Position numbers and translations under genes: made by a program
NCBI RefSeq assembly: GCF_964355755.1
Contig: NC_092670.1
Span: 19,020,795 to 19,084,794, forward strand
Length of the DNA: 64,000 bases
Direction of reading: 5' to 3'
Source: Antedon mediterranea
Taxonomy: Eukaryota > Animalia > Echinodermata
In this document: one piece after another, positions 13,401 to 25,732 of the stretch
How positions within the stretch are numbered: position 1 is the first letter of the stretch
How the letters are laid out: every line of letters begins with the position of its first letter
The notes under the pieces: generated by a model
The model's database searches: none
The model's input: only the letters and a program-made list of their open reading frames with translations
Told to the model about the DNA's origin: nothing

Positions 13401-16400
13401 CTTTCCCATCTTTTTTCCAATTTTTCATCATTGTCTACTTTCATTTTTAGTATCTAAATGCAGAACAATCAGCACGTATCGCCCATGAGCAAGCGATGCG
13501 GGAAGAGAATGAAAAACGATGGACAGCCCTGCAAAAGCTCACTGAAGGGGAAGTTCTAAATGTTCGAGAAAACCAAAAGGTAGGCTTAACTTTTTATTTC
13601 TTATAAGTTCTTAACTTATTACAAAAACTGTAAATCGCCCGATGAAATTAATTAATTTAAAATTTGTGAAGATAGGAAACCTGTGAGAATGAGGTAAAGC
13701 AACCCCAACAGAGATTTGAACCTGTCATTTCTGATCTTACCACATGTATAATAAAAGTTTCACTATTTACTTACTTGTTTTCACTTAAATTTAGAAGGTA
13801 TCACTTTAAACTCCATGCTCTAAATAACTGAGATACTAGGGAGGTTTCGCAATCTTACGAATACGATAACGAAAACCTATACGTCACGTATACGTTTTCG
13901 TAAGCCAGTAAAAATCTGTTTCGCATAGCAACGAAATATTGAGGGTGTCGTCCAAAATATGACTGCGATAAATTTGAGCGAAGCGCAGGTACGTGTTACT
14001 TGGTGGTTGGCTGCCTAGGCCTAGCGTAACATCAAAGCGAGTGAGGACTGCTATTTATCAAAATTGACCTGGCATTTTAGTAAATTACTTTAGTAAATTA
14101 CTTTCAATAAATCTATAATTATATTATAATCGCATATCATTCCTGACTCAAATGCAAAATGTGCAAAATAGATCAAAAACTATACTCGTTTTGTCATGAG
14201 GCAAAACTCTCCCTTAGCAGAAATGGTCCACAGGCCTGTCAAGAGTGTCAGCCCATAAAACACACAATTGTAATTTGATTATATTAACTGCCCATCAAAT
14301 ACAACCCAAGGGTACTATTAGGTCATTTACAACAAGGTCACCTGGACAGCTCATGAAAATTCGTACATGGTTTTCAGCAATTTCTGTAGTGAAGTGTCTG
14401 TCACACTCCAGCTGGCCTCTCATGTGTGTCAAGATAAACAATCGGAACTCCTAAATTGTTTAAAACAGACCAAGATTTATTACCCGGATTTTTTCCAAAA
14501 CCCGGGTGAAGTGGACTGATTCTGCTAAGGGAGAGAAAGGCCTAATGTAGTTACGAATATGACTGGTGATATTCGTCAACACGAATACGCTTTACAAATA
14601 TGAAATAGGGATCAGCTCAAAAGTTTCACAAATGTGTGACATATCCGTTTTCGTTATCGTATTCGTAAGGTTGCGAAACCTCCCTATTATAATTATATTA
14701 CCGATATAAAACTGTACTCAAAAGAGACCCCACACTTGCTAATAATGACCATATTAAGTTTCTGAAACTCTTATTGAGGGTTTTCGTTTTGCTGATTGTT
14801 TTGTAATTTTAATGTACTGGATCTCTCCATTTCTGGAGGCCTTTTTGAATTAATTGAATAATTATAGCAAAAGTATATTTGCATAAAAAATCATATAATT
14901 ACAGTTTAAAGATTTGAAAAAAAAAAATTAATGTTATTATCATTGAATGCTTAAGGCAGTAGTCTTTGGGGAACGTGTTTCCAATTTTATTGTGATTTTT
15001 ATTAGTTACAGTCTATTGTTGATTTATTTATTTTGATGCTAGGCAATTAAAATCACTCAATACTGTATGCATGATTGTTATGAAACCAAATGATGAAGAT
15101 GTCATTTGATGTGTTATGTGTAACTTATTTGTCCATGATAACAGATACCTGAAATCATATACCTGTTCTGTATTATGATCTTTAGTTTCCATTATAGTGT
15201 AATATTGTATTCTATTTTGTAATCATTGTATGTCTGCTTTTCAACATTTTAGTTTTTGGAGCATTTGCAACTTAAATGAGTAATAACCATTTTCTAAATA
15301 TTTTTTTGATATAAGAATCCAAATAATCATACAGAGAATATTATGGATAGATTAGAAAATTTGGAGGGAAAGTTGCTATCAAGGAGACAGTCAAATAGTG
15401 ACTTGGCTGAAGAACAGGCAAGATATAGAGTTTTGATAAATGACTGCTTTTTATAATATGTCGCCATGTGTTAGTGCCTTTTGATTTGCGAGGACCAATC
15501 AACCAATGACCAGTCTAGGTCAGGTCAATCTATGTGTCGTTGTCGGGAAACCATCAAACATGTGTCGAGTTAAGGAGCGAGGACACGTGTTTCAATATCA
15601 ACACATAGCAAGCGCACATTGAATAACAGTGACATAATTTGGTCTTTGCAAATCAAAACCTAATATACTAGTTTATTTTATTGTCATAACTAAATATTTG
15701 CATAAATATTGAAATTACTTTTTTTATTATTCAGATTATTCTTTTGTTGTCAAACAGTAGTTTGTTCAATTTGTAGAAGTTATGAGAAAAAAAGCTTGCT
15801 AAATAATTGCATTTTTACAGTGTAAAGTGTAACAAAATGTAGTTATTACAGAAATTACGACATAGCAAATATATTTATGTTTTGAATAATTAACTTATTT
15901 TTGGTCATAAAGCTCTTTGTACAATAGCATTTAGCACATGTCATGAATACAAATGGTATCTTCGAGCCAAAAAAGACTATTTATTAACATAAAATTTACT
16001 TTTCAAAATTAGATAAACAATATAGAAATCAAGATGTTTAAAATTCAGTAGTTGTAGTGCTTTTAATAATTTTATTGTTTTGTTGTGGTTATTTATCAGC
16101 ATTACAATCAAGAAAATAGTTTTTTTGGTAGAATGCTTTTGTTTTGAAGCTATTCGATTATTAGATTAAATTATTTGTAACCTTGAAATGCTTTACATTT
16201 ATAGTTTTAATTATGCTTTATATTTTTCAATCTAAAAAATATTAATAATGCAAAACCTGTATTGACAAAATGAGAGATAAATTTTACTTTGATTTTCCTA
16301 TAACTAAAGAAATATGCAACGAAATATTTGAAAACACGAGTAGCTGAAATGACTGATAAAGTTGAAAGTTTAGAAAGAACAGTAAAGAATCATGACAAGT

Positions 16401-19400
16401 ATCAAGTTGAACTTGAGGAAGAGGCAAGACATTTTTCTTTTGTTGATAATGCTTTTTTGTACAATCTGCTGCTATATTATACTTTAATGTAAATAATTAA
16501 GGAGTTTGATTTATTCTGTAGTGGCTAATTCATGTTATTATGATTAGGCTGTAATCCACAAATAATATTACTCATTCAGTAAAAGAAACTGGATTTAGTA
16601 ACACTAAATGAATCACTTCTAAAGGAGATGTTGTGTGTGCGTGTCAAACACCAAATGATCTTACAATTTTGTAGCAAACCTTTAGAAAAAAATATATTAT
16701 GATGATTTATAAAATTTTATTTTATGATATTTTTATTTTCTAAAAAAAAAGAAACATGTTACAAAGAATCTGAAAACGCGAGTTAATGAAATCTCAAACA
16801 GATTTGATAGCTTAGAGAGATCAGTGAAGAGTCGAGAAAGACAAATTACTGCTGAAGATGAGGCAAGATATATTTATATAGCTTATGCCAGTGAATTGAC
16901 GTTGCTTTCACGATATTTGCGTCGCCTAGTGTATATTTGTTTGTGTTTTGTATTTATAGCGTTTATTTATAACTGTAGATTGTGTATTGCATTTTGATAA
17001 CAATTCAACTCTCCCAAAGTTGAGTTTACTCATTTAGGCTTTAGTTATTTACGTTGGAAATTTTGTGGGTAGGAACCAACTTACCCTGGTAAATAACTAG
17101 ACCATTTAATGTACAATTATTTACCTTTGGGTTTTTTTCTCATGACAATTTACAACTCCACTCCCAAAGAAGAATAATAAGTCTTTGTCTATGTAGAGCA
17201 TGTGTATTTGTTTGTCTTATATGTTCTAGTGCAGTATTTGGAGAGCCATCTCGATAGTGCTTTGCAATCATGGCAATCCTCAGGGTGCTGCACCGCTGTA
17301 TTGTAATGTATTGTTGTGCCTGAAAATTGAATAAAATAAAAAATAAATAAAAAATAACAAAATCTGAGTCCATGTTTTTAGGGAGTTGACTGAAAATATT
17401 TTTTTGATGCCAAAGAATGACATTTTTGTGACAATATAATAATTGTATTATAAGATTTTTGTGTCCAGTACAGTAGCGTAATGGCTATGAGCACTTACTG
17501 GGTAAACCTAGAAACCCCTGAGCTTAGCCCAGAGGAAGAAAAAGGCATTAATAATAAAATATGTCAGAGTTGGAAGGCCAATTAGCATCCCTAAATCCAT
17601 GGACTTAGGCCTCTGTGTTACGTCACTGCTCCAGTAAAGAATATTATATAGCAGCCTTATATGCTAACAATGAAAGATGCATATATACTGTAGTATGATT
17701 TCAGCTTTTTTAGTTTATGAAAATGTTGCTTGATTTAGAGGTAGTTACCATTTTTAAAACAGATTAGAGGATGTTGAAAGAAAGATTAATGTGAAATGTG
17801 GGTTATTGAATGAAGAAATGTGTTAACAGTATGGCTTTGCTTGTTGTTATTGCTATATTTCAGTTGTTTAAGTTAGAATATGTAATTATATTTTAACATT
17901 TTATAGTTTAAATACATAAAATTATTGTTCTTTTTTCCTTAACTGAAATGCAGAAAGCGCGACGTTCTGTACAACGAAGAGAGTCAATATCAAGGAGGAC
18001 AGAAGAGGCAAGCATGTGGAGATTTTGCCTCCATAGCTTAAAGCAATACTGTTTATTGTGTATTTGTTTTCATGTGTGAATGTATACATTTTCTATAACC
18101 ATCAAGCACAGGCTTGGTGTCTGGAAGAAGTAATCAATAACAACTTGTTTGCAGGTTTTTTACTACTACTTAGCATATTTGATACTGTTCTACAGTACAT
18201 TAACTACATATGCATTCTTACATTATTTTTTTGACAAAGCTTATAATAAAAGTATAATTTTAGCCTTTAGATTTAATTACTGGTTCAAGATTTCAAACAT
18301 CATTGTCCTTTTGTTGCTACCAGCGCTTGAGTTTTAAAATGTTCTTAATGTATTAATTTGACAAAAACATTTTTTGTATTAACAATTTATAATATCATCT
18401 CCCAATTAAACAGTACTTGGTATAAGCTAATAAAATATGGACACTGACAGATATATTTTTCATGAAGCTACTGCAAGCATTGTCTATTTCATTGTTATAA
18501 GCTTCTGCTGCTTATTCCAAATATGCAAGTGACCTTAAGCTGGGTTGTAAAGTACCTCTATACTGGTTGATGTCTTGCTTCCTCAGAGTTGATTATTTAC
18601 ATTTTTTTTGTTTAATTGTTCATTTTAACAGCTTGATAGACACAAGAATGCAGGTGGTCTGTCAAAGGTTGGTGAGACAATGGAGAAATTGGAAAAGATG
18701 CAAGTGGAAACAAAGAAGCAGCTTGAACAAGTGATGAAGGCAGAAATAACATCAAGGTAATATCAAACATGGGGTCTTTGTACCAGTGTATGTCTAAAAG
18801 ATTAAATAGATAAAAATAATGAATGGTAAACTCCAAATCTATGTTCATACCAAGGAAATCTAACAACAGGACACTGAGCTCACCTTGCCAAGATAGAAAC
18901 TCGTAATAGTCCTTTGTGACAAATAACAACAGTACTGTGCTATGTACATACTCTCCTGTCGCAGCCACAGATAAACCCTTTGATCTCCGGAGCTCAGCAT
19001 CCTGTTGTTAGATTGCCTTGTTTATACCAAACAATGAAAGGCAGCTAACCATGGAATATCGTAATAGCAATGCCTTTTCCAAATAAATTCAATGATTTCT
19101 CCTTTCACATAAATTGTTAATGTCATTGATAATAGACAAAGCCAGGATAAACAGATAGAGAACAAGATTGAAGATGTGCAAGAAAAATTGGGTGTGGCTA
19201 TATCCACCTTGCAACAGGCAATTGGTGGAATCAATGAACAAGTAATAACTGCAACTTCTGAAGTGAGTATTCTAGCATTGGTTTGATAATCGAAATCAAA
19301 TGTTCATTGTTAAATATTCAGTTTTGTATATACCCAAGATGATTGTAGTCTTCATCAATTGTTCATTTTTCATCATTTAATAAAATAATTACAGTATCAA

Positions 19401-22389
19401 GACAAACTCAAGGTGATGATTGAAGAATATCAGGGATCTGAAACTAGAGGATCTGCAGACATGGATGCCAGAGTCACGGCTATCCAAGCTAAGCTAACTC
19501 AGCTAGATGAATCAATTGATTCAAAGATTTCACAGGTAAGCTATCTCAAATATACCAATGATTAATTCACTCAAAATAACCTGTAGGATTACCAAGATTG
19601 AAGCTATAGATCAAGAACCTATTCAACAGTATTTACAGGTTGTACATGTTACAATTGACTTGGCATATTCTTCAATCGCATTTATTCTCTTTTCAGGTCT
19701 TGGGTAAAGTCATGGATGCAGATTCTAAAGAGGTATGGTTGTAAAATATAATTACTGCAGTAACTCCATAATGTATTATCATGTTATATATTATTTAAAA
19801 GTGAGGTATAACAAAAAAGATAAAGAAACAAACTTTTTTTTTTACAGGAAACTAAAAAGGCATTAAGAACACAGCATGATTTGATCGAAGAAATAGAAGA
19901 CTGGCGATCTGGAGCTGAACGTAAACTAAAACAAATCAAAGAAAAAATGGATGACCTCTCACCAGAGGTAAGTTTAGAATTATGAACTTCTTTTTAGAAA
20001 GAGAGAGTACTGCAAATGCCTCTCTGCACAATTGTACTAAACAACATTATTCTTGAAACCATGGAGAAAGTATGAAACAAATCTCAAACAATGACCAACA
20101 TTCGAACAATGTCTACAATGTCTACAATGTCTACAATGTCTACAATGTCTACAATGTCTACAATGTCTACAATGTCTACAATGTCTATAGAAAAAGATGT
20201 TCTCTTTTATACAAAATGTTTTCTCTTTCTGACAGATTGAACAAATGAATAAAGCTAATGAATCTGTACAAGATGACATGAAAGAACTAGTGGAATCTGA
20301 ACAGAAAGAAAGGTAAACAACTACTTGACTTAACTTCAATTGGGATACATTCTTCTGACTTAAGCTCTGTCTACACTATCAAACGTTATGTGAATGTGAT
20401 GTGCATAAATGGACATGATAATATCATATCACTACCATATTTGGGCATATTACTACCATATCTGGGCATATCACTACCATATCTGGGCATATCACTACCA
20501 TAGGCACATCACACTTTGTTTTTCAAAACTAGTTTGATAGGGTAGACAGAGCTTTAGAGACCAGTTTCAGCTGTGGTCTCTAAATTTGAATTACTTTATT
20601 GAAAGACCAGGGCAACAGTATAAAAGTACCTTTACTTTCATAGCAGGATTGGAGTTGTTGAAATTTGTACTACCTTGCCTTGTACTGTACCTTACTTGAC
20701 ATTTAATTTTTCATTTAACATTAGAATTCGAGATGTTCAGATGGTGCGTGCTGATCTAGAAATGAAGTATAAGCAAATACAGACAGACATAGCAACTGCC
20801 AAGGCATCAGTCGTTGCATCAGGAGGAGGAGCAACAACGCCAATGCCAATCTCACAAAAAGAGAAAATGACTGCTGGTAAGGGTGGCGGTAAAGTAGACC
20901 AAGGAACGTTGGATAAGATGGGTTACCTAGAGACAGAGGTCAATAAGGTCAGTTACTAATGACGTAGAAAATAAGTTTTATAATGGTTTTTTTCCTCAGT
21001 TATGTATACAGTATTAGAAAATATTTTCGCATTTTTTTCCAACCAGCTATCATTTATACTGTTATTTAATGTTCGCTTTGATTTATAATTTCATACACCA
21101 ATGTTAATTTATACATTAATGATTACTTTGGTAACATTTTGTTATCAATCAACTAATGTACACTCTGTAAAGATAATCCTTTTTCATTTTACTATTTTTT
21201 TGTGCTCACATTACACAGTACCGTGGAAAGTTCCTTGAGGTTTGTAATTTTTGTGTATATAAATATTTGTATCAATTGTGATTATTATTTTACAAAACCA
21301 TCTCTTGAAAAAATTGATGTTAAAATAGAAAGAAGATGTTTCCATATTTGTACATCTAATTATTTTGTATATAATTTTTAGATGAAAGAAGAAATTGCAA
21401 AGGTAGATGGGACAGTTAACACTGTTAAGGTTCACTTGGGCCGTAAGATAGAACAAGAAGGAAAACAGGTATTTTGAAATTAGTACTTTGACTTCTTACT
21501 TCTAAATGAAAGTTTCAGTGTCTCTAAAGCTCTGTCTACACTATCAAACTAGTGCAATGTGCCGAAATATCACATTTGTCACATAAAGTTTGATAGTGTA
21601 GACAAAGCTTAATTTATGTCAGTAAAGTGAGTTGTATAAACATGGTTAATAGCTTCTTTCAAGATAAAACTGTTTATGGTATACCTTTACAAAAGTCACA
21701 CGCATATATGATACCAAGATGTGGTTGTTTGTCTTGGAAGAGAACACCCAACATTGTTAGAAGTGTTATGTTGGATTAAAGGCTATTTAATACTAATTCT
21801 GTCTAATGCTTTTATTTTCCATCAGCGAAAGGAAGAAACTCAAGATTTACAATACATACTAGAAGATGTGAAGAAAAAAGTTGAAAAGATGGAAAAAGAA
21901 GGTGCAAAATCAAAAAAGAAAGATGACGGAGACTCTGATAAAAAGAAAGATGATGGGAAGAAAGATAAAGATAAATCAAAAAGTGATGATGGTGAGGATA
22001 AAAAGAAAAAGAAAAAATCTGGAAAGGATGATAGTGAGAAGAAAGAGGGTGATGATGATGGAGGAGAGAAAAAGAAAAAGAAGAAGAGTAAAGATAAAGA
22101 AAAGGAAGGTGAGGGAGAGAAGGATGAAGACAAAAAGGATGGAGAAGATAGTGGAGAGAAAAAGAAGAAGAAGAAAGATAAAGACGGAGAAGGTAAAAAG
22201 GAGAAAAAGAAAAGCAAGGAAGATAAAGATAATGATGAAGGAAAGGAGAAAAAAGAAAAGAAAGAGAAGAAGGATAGAGAGAAAGATGGTGGTGAGAAAA
22301 AGAAAAAAGATAAGAAAAAGGATAAAGAGGATGGAGAAGGAGGAGGAGGAGAAGATGGTGTTTCTGAAGTGAATGCTGATCAGTCATAA
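4436..22389 (+). CDS. CCDC154: Coiled-coil domain-containing protein 154-like (~925 aa core) with a K/D/E-rich C-terminal tail
   Basis: Phase-consistent exons: 4436-4476 (MWPYGGGGGGYDG, first exon tentative), 8527-8777, 9033-9291, 9460-9652, 11010-11092, 12091-12186, 12504-12729, 13451-13579, 18632-18756, 19136-19262, 19395-19535, 19697-19732, 19848-19967, 20236-20312, 20725-20947, 21382-21468, 21826-22389. Total 2778 nt, open. QLDARLGEVRDVLMDLRGRISTEETERRQQEQ...KMQSKIAEIAEEVSKKILGKEIRL...RWTALQKL resembles, from memory, human CCDC154 (ALDKRLVEVREAL...RMQAQVTKLGEEVSLRFLKREAKL...RWEKLRGL). Confidence 0.8.
4881..5506. mobile_element. Non-autonomous DNA transposon with TTAA TSD (Kolobok/piggyBac-type target)
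   Basis: ttaa|agaccccttccctg ... tagggaatggggct|ttaa. AG...CT termini with TTAA fit Kolobok. No ORF. Confidence 0.7.
5511..5885. repeat. Minisatellite, 15 perfect copies of 25-bp tataaacatgcaccctatatggcaa
   Basis: Exact tandem copies with no spacers, abutting the right TSD of the preceding element. Confidence 0.97.
10227..10229 (+). CDS. Candidate 3-nt microexon (AGG, Arg) of the CCDC154-like gene
   Basis: Long U-rich tract, branch-like ttctaat, tgc motif, then aaacag|AGG|gtaagt. Lies in a phase-0 intron (9653-11009). Confidence 0.5.
10630..10804. mobile_element. Short MITE (cagggaa...ttccctg), copy 2, 5-bp TSD ctatt
   Basis: ctatt|cagggaa...ttccctg|ctatt; homologous to 2503-2677. Confidence 0.75.
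11287..11636. mobile_element. Kolobok-like MITE with TTAA TSD
   Basis: ttaa|agatgta(ctgta)ttgtcccc ... ggggacaatacatct|ttaa. Degenerate relatives at ~1100-1306, ~2030-2350, ~31590-31765 and ~42320-42540. Confidence 0.75.
13012..13325 (+). mobile_element. tRNA-derived SINE with Deu/Nin-type central domain
   Basis: 5' part has A-box-like sequence and B box ggttcgagg. It is followed by tcggataaggactataaaccgtaggtcc...gcactttaaagaacctag...ttcgagacgagtagggggttaccccggtg, which resembles the DeuSINE/AmnSINE conserved domain as I recall it. A-rich 3' end. Confidence 0.7.
13839..14684. mobile_element. MITE with ~38-bp TIRs flanked by TA; contains a nested element
   Basis: ta|gggaggtttcgcaatcttacgaatacgataacgaaaac ... 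gttttcgttatcgtattcgtaaggttgcgaaacctccc|ta. Confidence 0.85.
14207..14535. mobile_element. Nested MITE with 16-bp TIR ctctcccttagcagaa, flanked by aaa
   Basis: aaa|ctctcccttagcagaa ... ttctgctaagggagag|aaa inside 13839-14684. Confidence 0.75.
15316..15417 (+). CDS. Cassette exon A of CCDC154-like gene (NPNNHTENIMDRLENLEGKLLSRRQSNSDLAEEQ), GC donor
   Basis: ataag| 102 nt, phase 0-0, open |gcaag. Coiled-coil-like peptide. Confidence 0.6.
16310..16423 (+). CDS. Cassette exon B (KYATKYLKTRVAEMTDKVESLERTVKNHDKYQVELEEE), GC donor
   Basis: ctaaag| 114 nt, phase 0-0 |gcaag. Clear peptide paralogy to exon C. Confidence 0.7.
16752..16862 (+). CDS. Cassette exon C (KHVTKNLKTRVNEISNRFDSLERSVKSRERQITAEDE), GC donor
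   Basis: aaaag| 111 nt, phase 0-0 |gcaag. Shares LKTRV.E......SLER.VK with exon B. Confidence 0.7.
17954..18007 (+). CDS. Cassette exon D (KARRSVQRRESISRRTEE), GC donor
   Basis: tgcag| 54 nt, phase 0-0 |gcaag, after a pyrimidine tract. Confidence 0.55.
20106..20187. repeat. 9-bp microsatellite (acaatgtct)x9 in an intron
   Basis: Directly visible tandem array; it explains the spurious RHC-repeat ORF on the minus strand. Confidence 0.95.
20363..20553. mobile_element. Harbinger/Tourist-like MITE (TIR agctctgtctacactatcaaac), TTA TSD
   Basis: tta|agctctgtctacactatcaaac ... gtttgatagggtagacagagct|tta; internal catatcactaccatat repeats. Confidence 0.85.
21528..21609. mobile_element. Harbinger/Tourist-like MITE, internally deleted copy, TAA TSD
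   Basis: taa|agctctgtctacactatcaaact ... agtttgatagtgtagacaaagct|taa. Confidence 0.85.
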
Positions 22390-25300
22390 CACCAATTACT
22401 GATGATGATTTGACAAAACAATATGAATAAGCAATGTGTGATATGTTATGATGCAGAGGTTCAAAACCATCCAAGAGGTTGTTGCTGAGTGATGTGCCAT
22501 AAATCTGTGCAATAAGGCATTATACAATGCATGATGCAATATACACATATACTACTGCAGCGCATGATGGGAAATATGCAATATCCAATATATTTATATA
22601 TTATGCACTGACAGTATTAAAAGCAATGTAGAACACTATTAGTGCATGATGGATAATATTTTAATAATTAGGGGTGTAGTGCATGAATAGAACATAAAAA
22701 TGCATGATGGGTATATTTTAATTATGGTGTTGTGCTTGAATGGAACATATAAATGCATAATGGGATATTTTCAATTTGTTCACTCATAAATATGATGCAT
22801 CTAAGTGTGTAATTTATGTTAACTTTGCTATTTTATTTAAATGCACTGTTTGAAGTTGATCACACCTTCCATCAATCAATTTTCCTAATCATACCATAAT
22901 ATATTAACACCGTTACTAAAATTTAACAGTATTATATTACTGCACATATAATTATGGATTTTAAGTACAGTAAGTGATCAAATTACCTCAGTAAAATAAG
23001 CACAACACATAACCTTTTTTTTCCTACAGTTGTTGTACTTTTTACAGTTGTTTGTAAAATTTATTTATGCAGAAACAACACAATAGTCTTAATTTGATCA
23101 TTGTTATAACTTCCAAATAACAAAAGATCAGATTGAATTTATTTTTAACCTCTCGTAAATGGAAGTTTTTTGATCATTTACAATACTTAACAATGTTTGA
23201 AGTGTATTTTCACATGCATTATTTACACCAAGAATTTTATTTGATATAATATTGTATATAGTATATCTGTATATAAAGTTACACATTTTTTATCTTGAAA
23301 TTTCATAAAATACTTCCAACGGTTATTAAGAACGAGAATTTTATTTGCAATACAACTTAATGTTTCGTTTATTTAACCATATTTCAAGAGTGTGACACCA
23401 CCAATGTCAATAGAAAATTGACAATGTTTAAAGGTACCTGCATGGTATTGTTCATGACACCAATTTTATATTTGCAAAAAAAATGTCTTGGTTTAATGTT
23501 AATAATTCAACTTAAGGAGATAAAATATTTATTTGAACTATATTTTGTAAATTTATAATGCTGTGTAAGTAAAGTTTGGCTTGCAAAATCTTTTTTTATT
23601 GTTTATTCTTTAAGACTTGGTTAACTGAAATAACAATACTGTAAATGGTTGATGCAATTGTTTTAAATAAATTCAACCCTTTGACACTTTCTCAATATTA
23701 GTCAAACTGAAAGTCCTGGGAATTGAGCTCTGTAGCACCTGTTCAATCATTTATGGTTCCACACATTCACAACTTTTTTTAAGCTGAACTAAATTTTCTA
23801 TCTTAATTTGTATTTACTCAGTTTTAGGGGCAGGTGGCCCTGTTGCGTTTCTTGGACCTGCCTATAACTTTTCTTAACATTGCTGTGATTTGATGAGTAT
23901 TTTTCACTCTAAATAGAATAACACTAATATAACATTCAACTGACATGTTTAACTAATACCTTTAGCTTGGGTTTGCTACTTACCTTTTTTAAATTTAAAT
24001 TCATTTCATTCTTGCACACCTGCCCTGCACCTTGTAACACCTTAGCAATTATTTCCAGAGCATGGATCATATCACCTAACCACTCATACAGTATATGCAA
24101 ATTAGCACATTTAGAGATCAACCTGCATGGACCTTTCTGGCTGTACTTCTGCATGGTTTTACTTTCTGAACACCTATATATATCATGAATATTCATTTGA
24201 TCTGATAATTCTGCAATTCTGTATTCTTATTTACAGCCAAGGAGAAGTCTAACGATAAAGATGCGACTGGTGAAAAAGGCAAAGATGAAAAGTAATAAAA
24301 GAAATTGGTAATATTCTGGTAAATCTTTGCCAGGTCATATATGCAAGTTTTTAATATTAATTATTGAGTACATTTTGTATAGCAAGTTATAGGCATGTTT
24401 CAATTATTCAAGGCTGAGCAGAAAGTCTTTCACGCACATTTGATATTGATTGACTGTAACAGAATGGAGTCTGAGGGCAACTTGAATTAAACTTTGAGTA
24501 GAAAACTGAGCAAGACGACTAGTGGGGCACTGATTTTTTTGCAAGCCAGGAGTTTGTGTAGGACATCATTTTCAAAGGATGTTAACAGGCACAAGTATGA
24601 AATAATCCAGAGGAATATGTGCTTTGATTTGTTTATTTACATGCAGAAAGCTAATCTTACTCAATTTTAACAAACGGAGGGTAAATACCTTGTTACATTA
24701 AAAGTACCTTGGAATAGCTTCGAATTTCTTTTGACTACAACATTTTCAGAATTTCGTGGAAGTGATGGCAAGATAGAATGTCTGTGTAACCTTTTAAATT
24801 TATATTGTGCCCTTTTGCTTTAGTCTTTAATACTGTGTGTAGTTCGCTAAAAAAAAAGTCTAATAATAAGGCAATCTTAGTATTTATATTTTGGAAATTT
24901 GATATACTCCATCCATATATGCGTTTGCGCAAACGAGGCTTATTTTTATATGAATTGATTATGAAATTTAATGTACAATATATTAAATGTTTAAATGTAT
25001 TTAAGGTTTATTAATATATAAATATTTTTCTTGTATGATGTGCTGACAGGTTGCAAAAGATAGGACATTGGGTTGTGTCAGAACAATTTACACATTTTAG
25101 GAACCTCCTCCTCCCTAACAACTCATATTTTATTGTTTTTTTTCATGCAGATGTGCTAAACACTTCTAAAAAAGTGCTGGGATCTATTTTTAATTTGAGT
25201 GAAAAAAAAAACAATTTTCATAACTTTTTCAAGAAAAATTTGGCACACAAGTTAACAATGCAAAAAAATTTTACAGACACTACATCATCAACAGTTATTT

Positions 25301-25732
25301 TAAAAACACTTATTTCTTTTAAATCCTAAAGTTAATGTATTTCCAGAGACTTTTCTATAACTAGTTATTTTCATATAGGACCTTGAAAATACTGAGTCGA
25401 TTTCCATAACACTGGAATAACACAAGAACCCATACATAAACGTGAATAGAAAACATTTTATTTTTTTACCTAAATCCTTAATTGCTGTGTACGAGTACAG
25501 TTTGTCTCGAATTCTGGAATTTGTGAATGTATGTTTTGTAAAAATAATAATAAATTAACTGTTCATATTTACAGAATTATGTTTTTCATTTCTTTTGCAA
25601 TAAAATTTGACAAAATCATAATACATACATTATGACCTTTTACAAATATGTCGCATTTTATTATTAAAATCTATAATTTTAAAAAAATATTACTATACAT
25701 ATAAGCGACAAAAAGACTATGCAAATTAGTGA

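Noticed and set aside
20037-20339. ORF with RHC repeats resembling a metal-binding protein
   Set aside because: It is the translation of a 9-bp intronic microsatellite on the antisense strand.
21812-22474. Overlapping ORFs on both strands over the last CCDC154-like exon
   Set aside because: Shadow frames of a purine-rich low-complexity exon; only the K/D/E frame joins the upstream exon.
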